From positions 4,449 through 68,448 of the forward strand of contig JAHLMM010000001.1 in NCBI GenBank assembly GCA_018920365.1: 64,000 nt of DNA, given 5' to 3'. Shown here one piece after another: positions 34,378 through 44,008 of this stretch; within the stretch, counting starts at the first letter, position 1, and every line of letters begins with the position of its first letter. The position numbers and the translations under genes are program-made. Source of the stretch: Candidatus Aenigmatarchaeota archaeon (GTDB taxonomy: Archaea > Aenigmatarchaeota > Aenigmatarchaeia > CG10238-14). The notes beneath the pieces are model-generated. The model saw nothing but the letters and a program-made list of their open reading frames with translations. It searched no databases and had not been told where the DNA came from.

Positions 34378-34738
34378 AGCTCAATATTTTATTATAGCAT
34401 CTGTAATTCTTGCCGGATTTTTTTACACTTTGAGCAGATTTTTAAATCCAAGTTCATTCGTGGACAATTCAAAATCAGCAACTGCAAACGAAATCTTGCT
34501 TTTTAACAATTTCAAGGAAAAGACAATAAAAGCTGTTCAAGTAAGTGATAGCATCAACAGAGATGACCTTGAAACTAATCTAGTCACATATAGAAATTAT
34601 ATTCAAAAAATAGCAAGAGAAAATGGTTATAATTTGTTTTTTGAATTCGTAAACACTACAACTAATGTCAGTGTTAACATGACGTTAAAGTCAGACAGAA
34701 TGATGATGAACACTAGTTTTGTTATACATAGACCATAG
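34358..34738 (+). CDS. type IV pilin-like protein (class III signal peptide)
   Basis: 'MLNLSNKAQ|YFIIASVILAGFFYTL' has a short basic leader, a K-A/Q putative prepilin-peptidase site and a hydrophobic helix. It overlaps the end of the DUF424 gene. Confidence 0.45.
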   Translation: MLNLSNKAQYFIIASVILAGFFYTLSRFLNPSSFVDNSKSATANEILLFNNFKEKTIKAVQVSDSINRDDLETNLVTYRNYIQKIARENGYNLFFEFVNTTTNVSVNMTLKSDRMMMNTSFVIHRP

Positions 34739-35849
34739 ATTTAAAATATGGCAAATAGTAAAGTCTAATTTTTCTGGATGAACAGTGAAGTTGACTGGAA
34801 ATCCCTGATATTTTTTGGTTCCTTTGAGATATATTTTGTTTGTTTCTGCTGCGGAATTTTATCATTTCTGGATATTCATACTTTATATCTTGATTATACT
34901 TGATCTTTTTAGAAATAGAAACTCCTGCAGTCATCAAATCTATAAAATATCTCAAAAGTTTATACTCTTGATTTTTTTGAACTCTTGTTAAAAACATGTC
35001 AGCTCGAGATAAATTTTTGAAAGCTTGTGCTATCTCTTCAATTTTTTCATAGGCATTAGGAATGTTTTGTTCTATATACCAAAAAATTTTTTCCAAATCT
35101 TCGTCAATGTTGTTTATAGCTGATCTCGAAGCCCAACAACTGGATGTTTTGAATATTATTTTTAGCGAATCTTCTATTTTGTTTTGCTTCTCTTTAAACT
35201 CAATCTCGTCAATTCTTTTTATGCTCTTAATTGATATCTTATTATTGCCTATGGAAATTCTTTCAAGAACTTCTATTGCTTTTCTCAAATCTCCTTGACA
35301 CGCACTTGATATATAATTTAATATAGCTTCATCATATTCTATATTTTCATTTTTGCATATTCTTTTTAGAAAAATTATTATATCCTCTTTTGGTATTTCT
35401 CCAAATTTTATATGATCGGAATTATATGTTATCGGAATTATCTTTTGCTCCCATGGATTATTCGCAGTAAAAACTATGGGGAATTTTGAGTTTTTGATCA
35501 ATTTGATAAATTCTGTTGTAGCTTGTTTGTCTTCTTTAGAAAGGCCATCAATTTCGTCTATCAAAAATATTTTTCCTTTTTTTGTTAATGACATTTGATT
35601 CATTGAGCTTCCTATTATTTGCTTTATTTGTGAAGAAGTCCTATTATCAGATGCGTTTATTTCTATAACATCTAAACGGTTATCATTTGCATAAGCATAG
35701 ACAACACTAGTTTTTCCTACTCCAGGAGGCCCTGATATTAATATGGGTTTATTTCCTGGTTTCCAGGTCTGGATTTTTCTTACAAATTTGTGTATATCTT
35801 TGCCAACAAAATCTTTGATTGATTTTGGTTTGTATTTTTCTGCCCACAT
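34722..35849 (-). CDS. rfcL: replication factor C large subunit
   Basis: 'MWAEKYKPKSIKDFVG', Walker A 'GPPGVGKTS' and 'IFLIDEIDGL'. Confidence 0.85.
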   Translation of the reverse strand: MWAEKYKPKSIKDFVGKDIHKFVRKIQTWKPGNKPILISGPPGVGKTSVVYAYANDNRLDVIEINASDNRTSSQIKQIIGSSMNQMSLTKKGKIFLIDEIDGLSKEDKQATTEFIKLIKNSKFPIVFTANNPWEQKIIPITYNSDHIKFGEIPKEDIIIFLKRICKNENIEYDEAILNYISSACQGDLRKAIEVLERISIGNNKISIKSIKRIDEIEFKEKQNKIEDSLKIIFKTSSCWASRSAINNIDEDLEKIFWYIEQNIPNAYEKIEEIAQAFKNLSRADMFLTRVQKNQEYKLLRYFIDLMTAGVSISKKIKYNQDIKYEYPEMIKFRSRNKQNISQRNQKISGISSQLHCSSRKIRLYYLPYFKSMVYV

Positions 35850-35850
35850 A

Positions 35851-36495
35851 TCATATTCCTATTATAAATGCTTCTATGTTTGATTTATATTGATAATAAA
35901 TAGATACAGTTTCTATAATAGATGCAATAAAAAGCATTAGCAAAATCAGTATCAGTATTTTCATTGACTGGTTGACTGTTTTCCTAACTGATTTTAGTCT
36001 GTTTTTTGTCTTCCACATCTTTTCTGGCCTTAAAAATGAATATGTTATGTACATTCCTTCAACTCCTGCTAGAGTTATTGAAACTACCTCAATTAACAAT
36101 ACAATTAAAAACGCTGCAAAGTCAAAAAAATTAAAGAAGATTTTTTCTGAAACACCTACGAGAAATCCTACTAGAAATGAATTTGATATTTGTATTATTA
36201 TTGGGAATATAAAAGTTGCACCAAAAAAATAGTTTATTATAGCTATTTGTGAGTTGTGCAAAAATATGAATAAAGATATGTGAAGAAATTTTTCTTCTTT
36301 CAACATTTCATGAAATTTTTTTATAGGTTCTGATTGGTTTATTTGCAATAAAAATTCATCAATTTTTTTCGGATCTGTTTCTAACATATATTTTGCCGAT
36401 AAAAAAGAAAATATGAAAAATATAGCAAACAAGCTAAACATAAAGGCGTAAACTTTCCATGACCTTTTTTTCAATATTTCAATTATTTCTTTCAT
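35851..36495 (-). CDS. polytopic membrane protein, SpoIIM/DUF95-like
   Basis: 214 aa with ~5 TM segments. 'FLHNSQIAIINYFFGATF' and 'NSFLVGFLVG' resemble stage II sporulation protein M-type proteins. Confidence 0.45.
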   Translation of the reverse strand: MKEIIEILKKRSWKVYAFMFSLFAIFFIFSFLSAKYMLETDPKKIDEFLLQINQSEPIKKFHEMLKEEKFLHISLFIFLHNSQIAIINYFFGATFIFPIIIQISNSFLVGFLVGVSEKIFFNFFDFAAFLIVLLIEVVSITLAGVEGMYITYSFLRPEKMWKTKNRLKSVRKTVNQSMKILILILLMLFIASIIETVSIYYQYKSNIEAFIIGI

Positions 36496-36497
36496 AT

Positions 36498-37457
36498 TTA
36501 AAACACCGTCATCAATTCTGCTATCAAAGCTTCTAGCTGAATCAATTCATTTGCACCTTCAGATAATCTAAAATCATATTCTCCAATTATTTTTGTCATT
36601 AAAATCTTTTTTTCTTCTGGAACATTTAATTCGAAAATTTGCTTATGCATTTCTTTTATTATATCTTCACCAGCTAGTCCTTGCATGAACAAAAGGTTGT
36701 AAAGTTGTTTTCTTGAAGATTTGAAATCTTTTTTTATTATCAAGTTAATTAAATCCAAAATTTCTTTTGGTTTTGCTTGGTTGACAACATCATAAATAGA
36801 TTGTTCTGTTACAGTTTTTTTCATTGAAGCTGCCGATTGAAGAATGTTTGAAGCTTTTCTTAAATCACCTTCTGACAAATATATCAAAGTATCAATAGCT
36901 TTGTCATCTATATCTATTTTTTCTGTTTTTATTATCCTGTCTAAAAATGCTTTAATGTCTTCTGCTGTTAGCGGTTTAAATCTAAAAACAGCACATCTAC
37001 TTTGAATAGGGTCTATTATTTTGCTTGAATAATTACATATAAGGAAAAATCTTGTTGTTGATGCATGAGCTTCCATTGTTCTCCTTAACGCATGTTGAGC
37101 TTCTGCTGTCAGTGCATCTGCTTCGTCTAGCATAACTATCTTAAATGGAAATTCACCAATGGATTTTGATCTTGCAAAATCTTTTACCTTTCCTCTTATA
37201 ACATTTATGCCTCTTTCATCAGAAGCGTTTAGTTCAAGCAAATTTGATTTCCAATGTTCACCAAAAATATCATGGGCTAATGCCAAAGTTGCAGTTGTCT
37301 TGCCTGTTCCTGGTGGTCCTGCAAATAAACAATGAGGAACGTTTTTTTCTTTTACAAACGCTTTTAATCTTTCGACAACATGTTTTTGATTTATTATTTC
37401 GTCAAGCGTTTTTGGTCTATATTTTTCTGCCCATATTATATTTTGCATAATAATCAC
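36498..37457 (-). CDS. rfcS: replication factor C small subunit
   Basis: 'IWAEKYRPKTLDEIINQ', 'GPPGTGKTT', 'IVMLDEADALT', 'SRC'. At 319 aa its length is normal, so there is no intein. Confidence 0.92.
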   Translation of the reverse strand: MIIMQNIIWAEKYRPKTLDEIINQKHVVERLKAFVKEKNVPHCLFAGPPGTGKTTATLALAHDIFGEHWKSNLLELNASDERGINVIRGKVKDFARSKSIGEFPFKIVMLDEADALTAEAQHALRRTMEAHASTTRFFLICNYSSKIIDPIQSRCAVFRFKPLTAEDIKAFLDRIIKTEKIDIDDKAIDTLIYLSEGDLRKASNILQSAASMKKTVTEQSIYDVVNQAKPKEILDLINLIIKKDFKSSRKQLYNLLFMQGLAGEDIIKEMHKQIFELNVPEEKKILMTKIIGEYDFRLSEGANELIQLEALIAELMTVF

Positions 37458-37490
37458 TGCTTTAATAATTTGTAAAAAAGGATTTATATT

Positions 37491-38009
37491 ATGAAGATAT
37501 CGATAACAGGTACACCTGGTGTTGGAAAGACTACTGTTGCTAAAAAATTGGCTAAAAAAATTGGGTTTAGATACATTAATGTCAATGAGTTATCTTCAAG
37601 ATTTGTAGAAAGTTTTGACAAAAAATTTGAAAGCAATGTTATTGATGTAAAGAAAATGTCAAAACATATAGATTCTATAAAAGATGATGTTGTTTTGGAT
37701 GGGCATTTGTCGCATTATTTCAAAGTTGATTTAATAATAATTTTAAGATTAGATCCAAGTATGCTTGAAAAAAGGCTTAGAAAAAGATATAAAAATAAAA
37801 TTAAGATAAAGGAAAATGTTGATGCTGAAATTTTAGGAGTAATAACTTCAGATTGTGCTGGAAAAAAAGCTTGTGAGATAAATTGTACTGGGAAAAAAGT
37901 TGAAGAAATAGTTGAAGAAATTATAAAAATCATTAGAAAGGATAAATGTGAATTTGGTAAAATAGATTGGCTGAAAAAATATGAAAAAAAATTAATCCAA
38001 ATCTCCTAA
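37491..38009 (+). CDS. putative adenylate kinase / Fap7 (AK6)-type NTPase
   Basis: 'MKISITGTPGVGKTTVAKKLAKKIGFRYINVNEL' and 'LDGHLSH', in a 172-aa protein. Confidence 0.7.
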   Translation: MKISITGTPGVGKTTVAKKLAKKIGFRYINVNELSSRFVESFDKKFESNVIDVKKMSKHIDSIKDDVVLDGHLSHYFKVDLIIILRLDPSMLEKRLRKRYKNKIKIKENVDAEILGVITSDCAGKKACEINCTGKKVEEIVEEIIKIIRKDKCEFGKIDWLKKYEKKLIQIS

Positions 38010-40751
38010 GCCGATCATAATCCAATTATATTCATCTGTTTTATTTTTCATGCAGAAATATAATTTATCGCTTTCGCCGCTGTTTGATTTAAAGAACCAA
38101 ATTGTACCTCTTAGAGTTTGATTGCATTCAGGTAATGTTTGAATAGGATCTATTTTTATTCCTCCTTTAACTTCTAATTCAGTTGATGGATTGCTTGTGC
38201 CTATTCCTATTCTTTTTGAGCTAGCATTAACAAACAAACTGTCGCTAACATTCAAAGATAAACCGTTTGATGAAGATGTGTTTATTTCCAAACTTGAAGT
38301 AGGATTAGTTGTGCCTATGCCAACATTACCAGTGCTTGATATTCTTACTCTTTCCCTGATATTGTTGCTTCCACCAAGATTATATGCTGTAGATCCTGTA
38401 AGAAATATAATATCCATTGGAACCAAATCATTAGAAACACTTCCACTAACCCATGCACTTATACCAGCATTTTGTTCCCAAGAGTTTCCATCATAACCTC
38501 TAAAGTAAAAGCCGCCTATTTGATCTCCTAATTGGACTGTTAGAGGATTAGAAATTGTGCCTCTTGCTCTTTCAATCACAAATTGTGGAGAATGATAAGG
38601 ATGTGAAGAAGAGTATACTTCGTTATTATACAATAACCAACCGTTTTCTTTTTGAAATCTCATATCGCCACTGATTGGCATCTCTTCTAAATCAGATACG
38701 ACATGAAGTTTGCTTGTTGGCGATGCTGTGCCTATGCCGACGTTGCTATTGTGTATTCTCATCCTCTCACTGCCGCCTGATGTAAAGCTTATCACATTAT
38801 CTGTTGCGCCAATGCTGATGGATTCAGAGTTTGCTCCTGTTAGCGTGCCTGATGCTACTTGCAAATTGTTGACAATGCTTGTTGCTGATGGGTCGAGATA
38901 ATATTGACTGCTTTGTCTGTCATAATATGTTGAAGCATTGACATTGCCTGCGACTTCTAATTCAGCTGATGGGTTGGTTAAGCCTATGCCTACTTTGCCT
39001 GAAGAATCTACAACAAAAGGTGTATTATCATTATATTCATCTTCTATTAACAAACTTTTACCAAGACCTAAATTTGTTATTTTCACAACACTTCCATTTG
39101 ATGTATTGAAATTCTGTTCTATTTTTAAAATACTCGAACTGTCGTTACATGTACCTCCCATTTCTTTGCAATTAGAAGAAAAGAAAACTAGATCACTCAG
39201 TTTCACCATACCGTTTGATGTTATTGTATCATTCCTTGTTATATTTAAGAAATTGGCTGTGTCATTTGCTATACCAAACCCACCATATCTTGATGAAATT
39301 ATTTGAATTATATTGTTTTTATACTCTATCAAATTGTTTGAATTGCCGGATATGTCTATCATTTTTCCATTACTTGAAAAACCAAATGGATACATATAGA
39401 TGGCGGTACCAGCCGTAAGTCCTGCAAAAGAAGGATCGCCAAATCTTATACCAATTCCGTTTTGACTTATTCTAAAAAACTTTATGCCTTCTCCGTCCGA
39501 AATATCTCCGTGAAAGTATATATGAGAGCCACCATTTACAATATTCTCAAATTTTATGCCTATTTTGTTTGTATTGTGACTATATGTACCTATAGTTATA
39601 CCATCTTTGATTGAACCCGGAATTTCTATATAACTGTTAATGCTTGCAGAACCTATTCCAATTCCTCCGGTTGTTGAATTGACAAAAAAAACATCACTTA
39701 CATTCAAAGCTACTCCACTTGGATTGTTAATTTCAACTTTAGCTAATGGTGTTTCAGTTCCAATTCCAACATTGCCTTCATTCTGATAAATCACTGAATT
39801 ATTCAAACTGCTTGTACCATTCCATAAAGGAATATAGCCGATTGATCCACTGCCAGCAACATCATTTGGATTCATGTCTACTTCAACACATTGTGGTTGA
39901 TTTGTTGTCAAATTCATGACAACTTGTCCTTGAGGACAATTGCCTATACCGCTTGATGACAAACTGGCTCTTGCTTGATCAGCTGTTGATGCGCCTGTAC
40001 CTCCAAATGATATTGGAAGTGTGCCTGATGTTATGTTGGATGCTGATAAGCCAGTTGAATTGATGAAATAGATGTTGCTGTCTAATAATGAGTTGCTTAT
40101 TGTGCCTGATGTGATTTGAGAAGTGTCTATGTTAACAGTTAGATTTGATGCTGACAATATTCTCCCTTTTGAATCAACTGTTAATTGAATGGAGTGTGAT
40201 GGTGATCCATAAACTCCTTGAGAAACGCCTGTTGTTGATAGTTGTAGATTAGAAAATAAGCCTGTTACTTCGCCTGATGCTGATTGATCTTCATTGATGA
40301 ATCTTTGATCATAGATAGAACCTGATTCATATGATGAGTTTAAGCCTAAAGTTATACTGCCGCTTGATCCACCGCCTGTCAAGCCAGTGCCTGCCAAAAC
40401 AGATGTTATGTTGCTTATGCCAGGAGTTGCATTTAATTGAATGCATGTCAAGCTATCGCCAATTGCTTGGACGGCAAAACCTTGCTGGCATGGAGATGGA
40501 TAATTTGACAGCCTAGACCAAGGAACTGAACCTTGAACTAAAGTGCCTGTGAAATTGACATCACCTAAAACCGTTAATCTTTGAATTGGGTATGTTCCTA
40601 TACCTAAATTGTCAGGAAAAACATAATTGCCGTTGCCTACAAGTTGGCCAAATGTTCCGGCTCTTATTTGACTAGCATTATGACTAACAGTTTGTGCTTT
40701 GACAAAAGTAATTAACATAAAAATAAATATAATCAAAACCAGCTTTTTCAT
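37992..40751 (-). CDS. secreted 919-aa tail-fiber-like repeat protein
   Basis: Signal peptide 'MKKLVLIIFIFMLITFVKAQ'. At least six copies of '(G/S)N(V/L)GIGT..P...L.V' are present. Cys-bracketed loops 'CQQGFAVQAIGDSLTC' and 'CPQGQVVMNLTTNQPQC'. C-terminal 'CNQTLRGTIWFF..KLYFC..NW'. Confidence 0.7.
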   Translation of the reverse strand: MKKLVLIIFIFMLITFVKAQTVSHNASQIRAGTFGQLVGNGNYVFPDNLGIGTYPIQRLTVLGDVNFTGTLVQGSVPWSRLSNYPSPCQQGFAVQAIGDSLTCIQLNATPGISNITSVLAGTGLTGGGSSGSITLGLNSSYESGSIYDQRFINEDQSASGEVTGLFSNLQLSTTGVSQGVYGSPSHSIQLTVDSKGRILSASNLTVNIDTSQITSGTISNSLLDSNIYFINSTGLSASNITSGTLPISFGGTGASTADQARASLSSSGIGNCPQGQVVMNLTTNQPQCVEVDMNPNDVAGSGSIGYIPLWNGTSSLNNSVIYQNEGNVGIGTETPLAKVEINNPSGVALNVSDVFFVNSTTGGIGIGSASINSYIEIPGSIKDGITIGTYSHNTNKIGIKFENIVNGGSHIYFHGDISDGEGIKFFRISQNGIGIRFGDPSFAGLTAGTAIYMYPFGFSSNGKMIDISGNSNNLIEYKNNIIQIISSRYGGFGIANDTANFLNITRNDTITSNGMVKLSDLVFFSSNCKEMGGTCNDSSSILKIEQNFNTSNGSVVKITNLGLGKSLLIEDEYNDNTPFVVDSSGKVGIGLTNPSAELEVAGNVNASTYYDRQSSQYYLDPSATSIVNNLQVASGTLTGANSESISIGATDNVISFTSGGSERMRIHNSNVGIGTASPTSKLHVVSDLEEMPISGDMRFQKENGWLLYNNEVYSSSHPYHSPQFVIERARGTISNPLTVQLGDQIGGFYFRGYDGNSWEQNAGISAWVSGSVSNDLVPMDIIFLTGSTAYNLGGSNNIRERVRISSTGNVGIGTTNPTSSLEINTSSSNGLSLNVSDSLFVNASSKRIGIGTSNPSTELEVKGGIKIDPIQTLPECNQTLRGTIWFFKSNSGESDKLYFCMKNKTDEYNWIMIGLGDLD

Positions 40752-40783
40752 GAATTAAATATTCAAAAAAGATAAAATAAGCT

Positions 40784-41332
40784 TTATTGTATTTTTTCTA
40801 TATCAAAAAATATTGTATTGTTTCCAAAAACTATTGCATCTTTCACTTCCCCATTTATTCTAAACTTGACATAATTTATTGCTGAATTTTCATAATCCAA
40901 TATACCTTGAATTGTAACATTAATGTTAGTTAAATCATAATAATATTCTTCACCAGAAAGAAATTTTACAAGTATTTTGTTAGACGTTGTGGTATAAGGC
41001 GTTGTTTCATTATATGTTATATAATTCCATAACCCAGTGCTTGCAATTGCTTCTATATAATATTTTTCTCCTGCAATTCTCTGAGGAATATTCAATTTCT
41101 TTGTTATTACAGAAAAACTTTGATTTTCTATTTCAAACCTAGAATTTTGAGCTTGATTGTATAAATTAATAATTTCATTTTCAACATAAACAGATATTTC
41201 CCTTGATGCTGCTTGTTTTAGTGATGATATATATTGTGTGTAAAAATTTTGAAATATAAAAAACAAAATTATAAAAAGAATTAAGGAAGATGCAGAGACA
41301 AGCAAATATGTTATGAAAGAAACTCCTTTCAT
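40784..41332 (-). CDS. type IV pilin-like protein
   Basis: 'MKG|VSFITYLLVSASSLILFIILFFIF' is a class III signal. It lies immediately upstream of the 919-aa fibre gene on the same strand, with a 32-nt gap. Confidence 0.55.
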   Translation of the reverse strand: MKGVSFITYLLVSASSLILFIILFFIFQNFYTQYISSLKQAASREISVYVENEIINLYNQAQNSRFEIENQSFSVITKKLNIPQRIAGEKYYIEAIASTGLWNYITYNETTPYTTTSNKILVKFLSGEEYYYDLTNINVTIQGILDYENSAINYVKFRINGEVKDAIVFGNNTIFFDIEKIQ

Positions 41333-41408
41333 AATTATTTTATTTATTTACTATTTGATTAACTTTACATAAGAAAAGTTTATTATTGAATAAAAGAATA
41401 TTCTTTTT

Positions 41409-41834
41409 ATGAAAGGTATCAGCCCAATTGTAGCTTCTGTTTTATTAATAGCAACTACAATGGCTATAGCTGGTATATTATCCTTTTGGGCGGGAAGTTT
41501 TGTTGAGCAAAAAGTAAACGAAAGCTCGACAGCAACAGATGAATTATCTTGTTTAAACTTAAGATTCAATCTTTTTACAAACTGCAAATATAATTCAGCA
41601 ACAAGAGAAATTAGTTTTATTCTAGAAAATCAAGTAAATAAAGATATAACACTGGACAGTCTGTATGTTTTTTATCCAAGGGATTTCTTAAAACAATACA
41701 AGCTTTCTATGGTTTTACCGGCAAATCAATTAATGCCGTTTAACAAATCAGACATAGATGCTGGCTTTGTCTCATTTCAGCTAAGGACAACATGCCCAAA
41801 TGTTTACAAAGAGTTTAATTGTACTGAGGTTTAG
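41409..41834 (+). CDS. archaeal type IV pilin
   Basis: Canonical 'MKG|ISPIVASVLLIATTMAIAGIL' N-terminus (archaellin/pilin N-terminal domain type). Confidence 0.8.
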   Translation: MKGISPIVASVLLIATTMAIAGILSFWAGSFVEQKVNESSTATDELSCLNLRFNLFTNCKYNSATREISFILENQVNKDITLDSLYVFYPRDFLKQYKLSMVLPANQLMPFNKSDIDAGFVSFQLRTTCPNVYKEFNCTEV

Positions 41835-41836
41835 AG

Positions 41837-42274
41837 ATGAAAGGGATATCTGCTTTTGTAAGCATTGTTCTAATAATAGCTTTAACTATAAGTGTTGGTG
41901 CTATATTTTCTAGATGGTTCACAAGCTATATCAGAACAACATCCCAAGATATTGAAGATCAAAGCAAAACAAAAATAACATGCAGTAATGCTGGTATTGC
42001 TTTAAGCAGAGTCACATACAATCAGACTTCTGGCTATATTTATGGATATATTAGAAACACTGATCTTGTCTCTCTTGGTGACATAGATGTTGAAATATTT
42101 TTGAAAAATGCTACAAGGATTTTTGCTGACATTAATTTATCATTGACTCCAGGAGAGCAGAATAGTTTTTCTTATAACCTAAATACAGCAAATTATGATT
42201 ATATCAGAGTGAAGACAAACTGTTCAAATGTTTATGATTATTTAATGTCTGAACAGATTTTGACTGTTAATTAA
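41837..42274 (+). CDS. archaeal type IV pilin
   Basis: 'MKG|ISAFVSIVLIIALTISVGAIF'. It lies 2 nt after the preceding pilin gene. Confidence 0.75.
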   Translation: MKGISAFVSIVLIIALTISVGAIFSRWFTSYIRTTSQDIEDQSKTKITCSNAGIALSRVTYNQTSGYIYGYIRNTDLVSLGDIDVEIFLKNATRIFADINLSLTPGEQNSFSYNLNTANYDYIRVKTNCSNVYDYLMSEQILTVN

Positions 42275-43104
42275 GTTAAAAGCAAAAATATTACAACGCC
42301 AACAATCATCATAAACAAACTATGTTTTATACCGCCTACAATCTGGCCTTCACTTAATTTTCCTATTGACAAGCCTGCAAACAATCCTTGGATTAATATA
42401 AGATTTCTAAACATCGCTTTATATTCTGCTTTCAAAACTTCAATATTTTCTTCTTTGCTTTCTGCCATAAGTTGTTTCATTGACATTTGCGTTAAGCTTG
42501 GAACAAGAAATTTTTGCAATCCTATTATAACTGCTAGAAATACAAAAAATATAATATAACCTGAAACTATTTGAGAATTTAAATAAAGTTTTCTCTCTTC
42601 CCTTAACCTTTCTATTTCAAGTGTAGTCTTGCTTATGCTTTCAAATACATCTGTTAAATTGCCACCATGTTCATGACTTTCAATTATTGTTGATCCTATT
42701 CTGGCTATTAATTTTGATTTAGTTGATTTTGTAAAACTTAAAAAAGCTTTAGAAAATGGTATGTCCCACTCTAGCTGTGCATTTAATTTCTTTACATATG
42801 GTGTGAGCTCTCCATAATCGTTTTTTGAAACAGAATTTATTGCTTGTGGCAATGTCATCCCAGATCTCACTGCCTCAACTATATCACCCATAAACTGAGG
42901 GAAATTGTCTTCAAGTTTTCTTATTCTTGAAACTTGATAATATTTTAATATTGCTATTGGTAAAGCAACTGCGGCTATTGAAAATCCTATTACAGTGAAA
43001 AATATGTTTTTGTACTCTTTGAAAAAAATATAAGTGAACATAAACATTAACAGAGAAAATACAACAACCGATCCAAGCAATATCCAAAGTATTTTATCTT
43101 TCAT
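42271..43104 (-). CDS. type II secretion system F-family membrane protein (TadC/ArlJ-like, C-terminal half-gene)
   Basis: The cytoplasmic helical domain 'FPQFMGDIVEAVRSGMTLPQAI..' is flanked by TM segments. It overlaps the upstream half-gene by 4 nt. Confidence 0.75.
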   Translation of the reverse strand: MKDKILWILLGSVVVFSLLMFMFTYIFFKEYKNIFFTVIGFSIAAVALPIAILKYYQVSRIRKLEDNFPQFMGDIVEAVRSGMTLPQAINSVSKNDYGELTPYVKKLNAQLEWDIPFSKAFLSFTKSTKSKLIARIGSTIIESHEHGGNLTDVFESISKTTLEIERLREERKLYLNSQIVSGYIIFFVFLAVIIGLQKFLVPSLTQMSMKQLMAESKEENIEVLKAEYKAMFRNLILIQGLFAGLSIGKLSEGQIVGGIKHSLFMMIVGVVIFLLLT

Positions 43105-43973
43105 ATTTCCACCTGTGTTGCTGATAAAAATAGCATGAAAACTATGTTTAAAAGAGGTATCAATGCATATATGCTTATTTTCATGAGTTGAAATATCCCT
43201 ATACCACCTAAGTTGGGCTCAATCATGTTCATAACAGAAAATAAACTTATAATAAATAAAGGCGCTGCTATCAATATACCTGTGTAAAATTCAGCATATG
43301 CCGATAATTGCTGAATATATTTTTCTCTTTTTATTTTCCAGTGAAATAATGTCTGCTCACTCATGTTTTTCAAATAGAATTTTAAACTACCACCGCTTTC
43401 AATTGTGCTTGCAAATCCTAATAGCAACTGCTTAAATTTTTCAGACGGTGTTCTCTTTGCAACCTCTTTCATTGCTGTAACTGGATCCAAGCCAAAAACC
43501 TCTATATTTGTAACTATTTTTTCCATTTCTTTTGATAACACACCATAATCTTCAAATTTTGATAAAAGTTTAAAAACAGATGAAGGTGTTATGCCAGATG
43601 AAGCAATGGAACCCATGTGAGCAACAACAAAAGGAAGGTTTGCTTCTATATTTGCTCTTCTTGAAGCTGTCTTCTGTATTGGATAAAAATAGCTGGCCAC
43701 AAAACCTATTAAAAAAAAGATTATTGGTATAAATATCAGATATATTATGAAAGAAAAAATGTTTATTTCATTTAAAGACTTGAAAACAAAAACAGCTATT
43801 ATTCCTATTAGAAACATCAAAAAAGAATTCATTATAACAATACTATCGTAAACTTTTTTTGGTATATTCATTCCAGATTTAGGTAGTTCTGAATTAAGCT
43901 GCTTGAAAATCTCTGGATAATTTTCTGGTATAGATCCAAACAATTTTAATGCAAGTTGACCATAAAATGACAT
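43101..43973 (-). CDS. type II secretion system F-family membrane protein (TadC/ArlJ-like, N-terminal half-gene)
   Basis: 'LPFVVAHMGSIASSGITPSSVFKLL..' with TM segments at both ends. Confidence 0.75.
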   Translation of the reverse strand: MSFYGQLALKLFGSIPENYPEIFKQLNSELPKSGMNIPKKVYDSIVIMNSFLMFLIGIIAVFVFKSLNEINIFSFIIYLIFIPIIFFLIGFVASYFYPIQKTASRRANIEANLPFVVAHMGSIASSGITPSSVFKLLSKFEDYGVLSKEMEKIVTNIEVFGLDPVTAMKEVAKRTPSEKFKQLLLGFASTIESGGSLKFYLKNMSEQTLFHWKIKREKYIQQLSAYAEFYTGILIAAPLFIISLFSVMNMIEPNLGGIGIFQLMKISIYALIPLLNIVFMLFLSATQVEI

Positions 43974-44008
43974 TAATTTTAATTTGATGTTTGTAAGTAA
44001 AATGTTTT

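Noticed and set aside
38191-39418. Plus-strand ORFs inside the 919-aa fibre gene with recurring 'VPMPTLP' peptides.
   Set aside because: The recurrence is simply the antisense image of the GNVGIGT repeat of the real minus-strand gene, so it is not independent coding.
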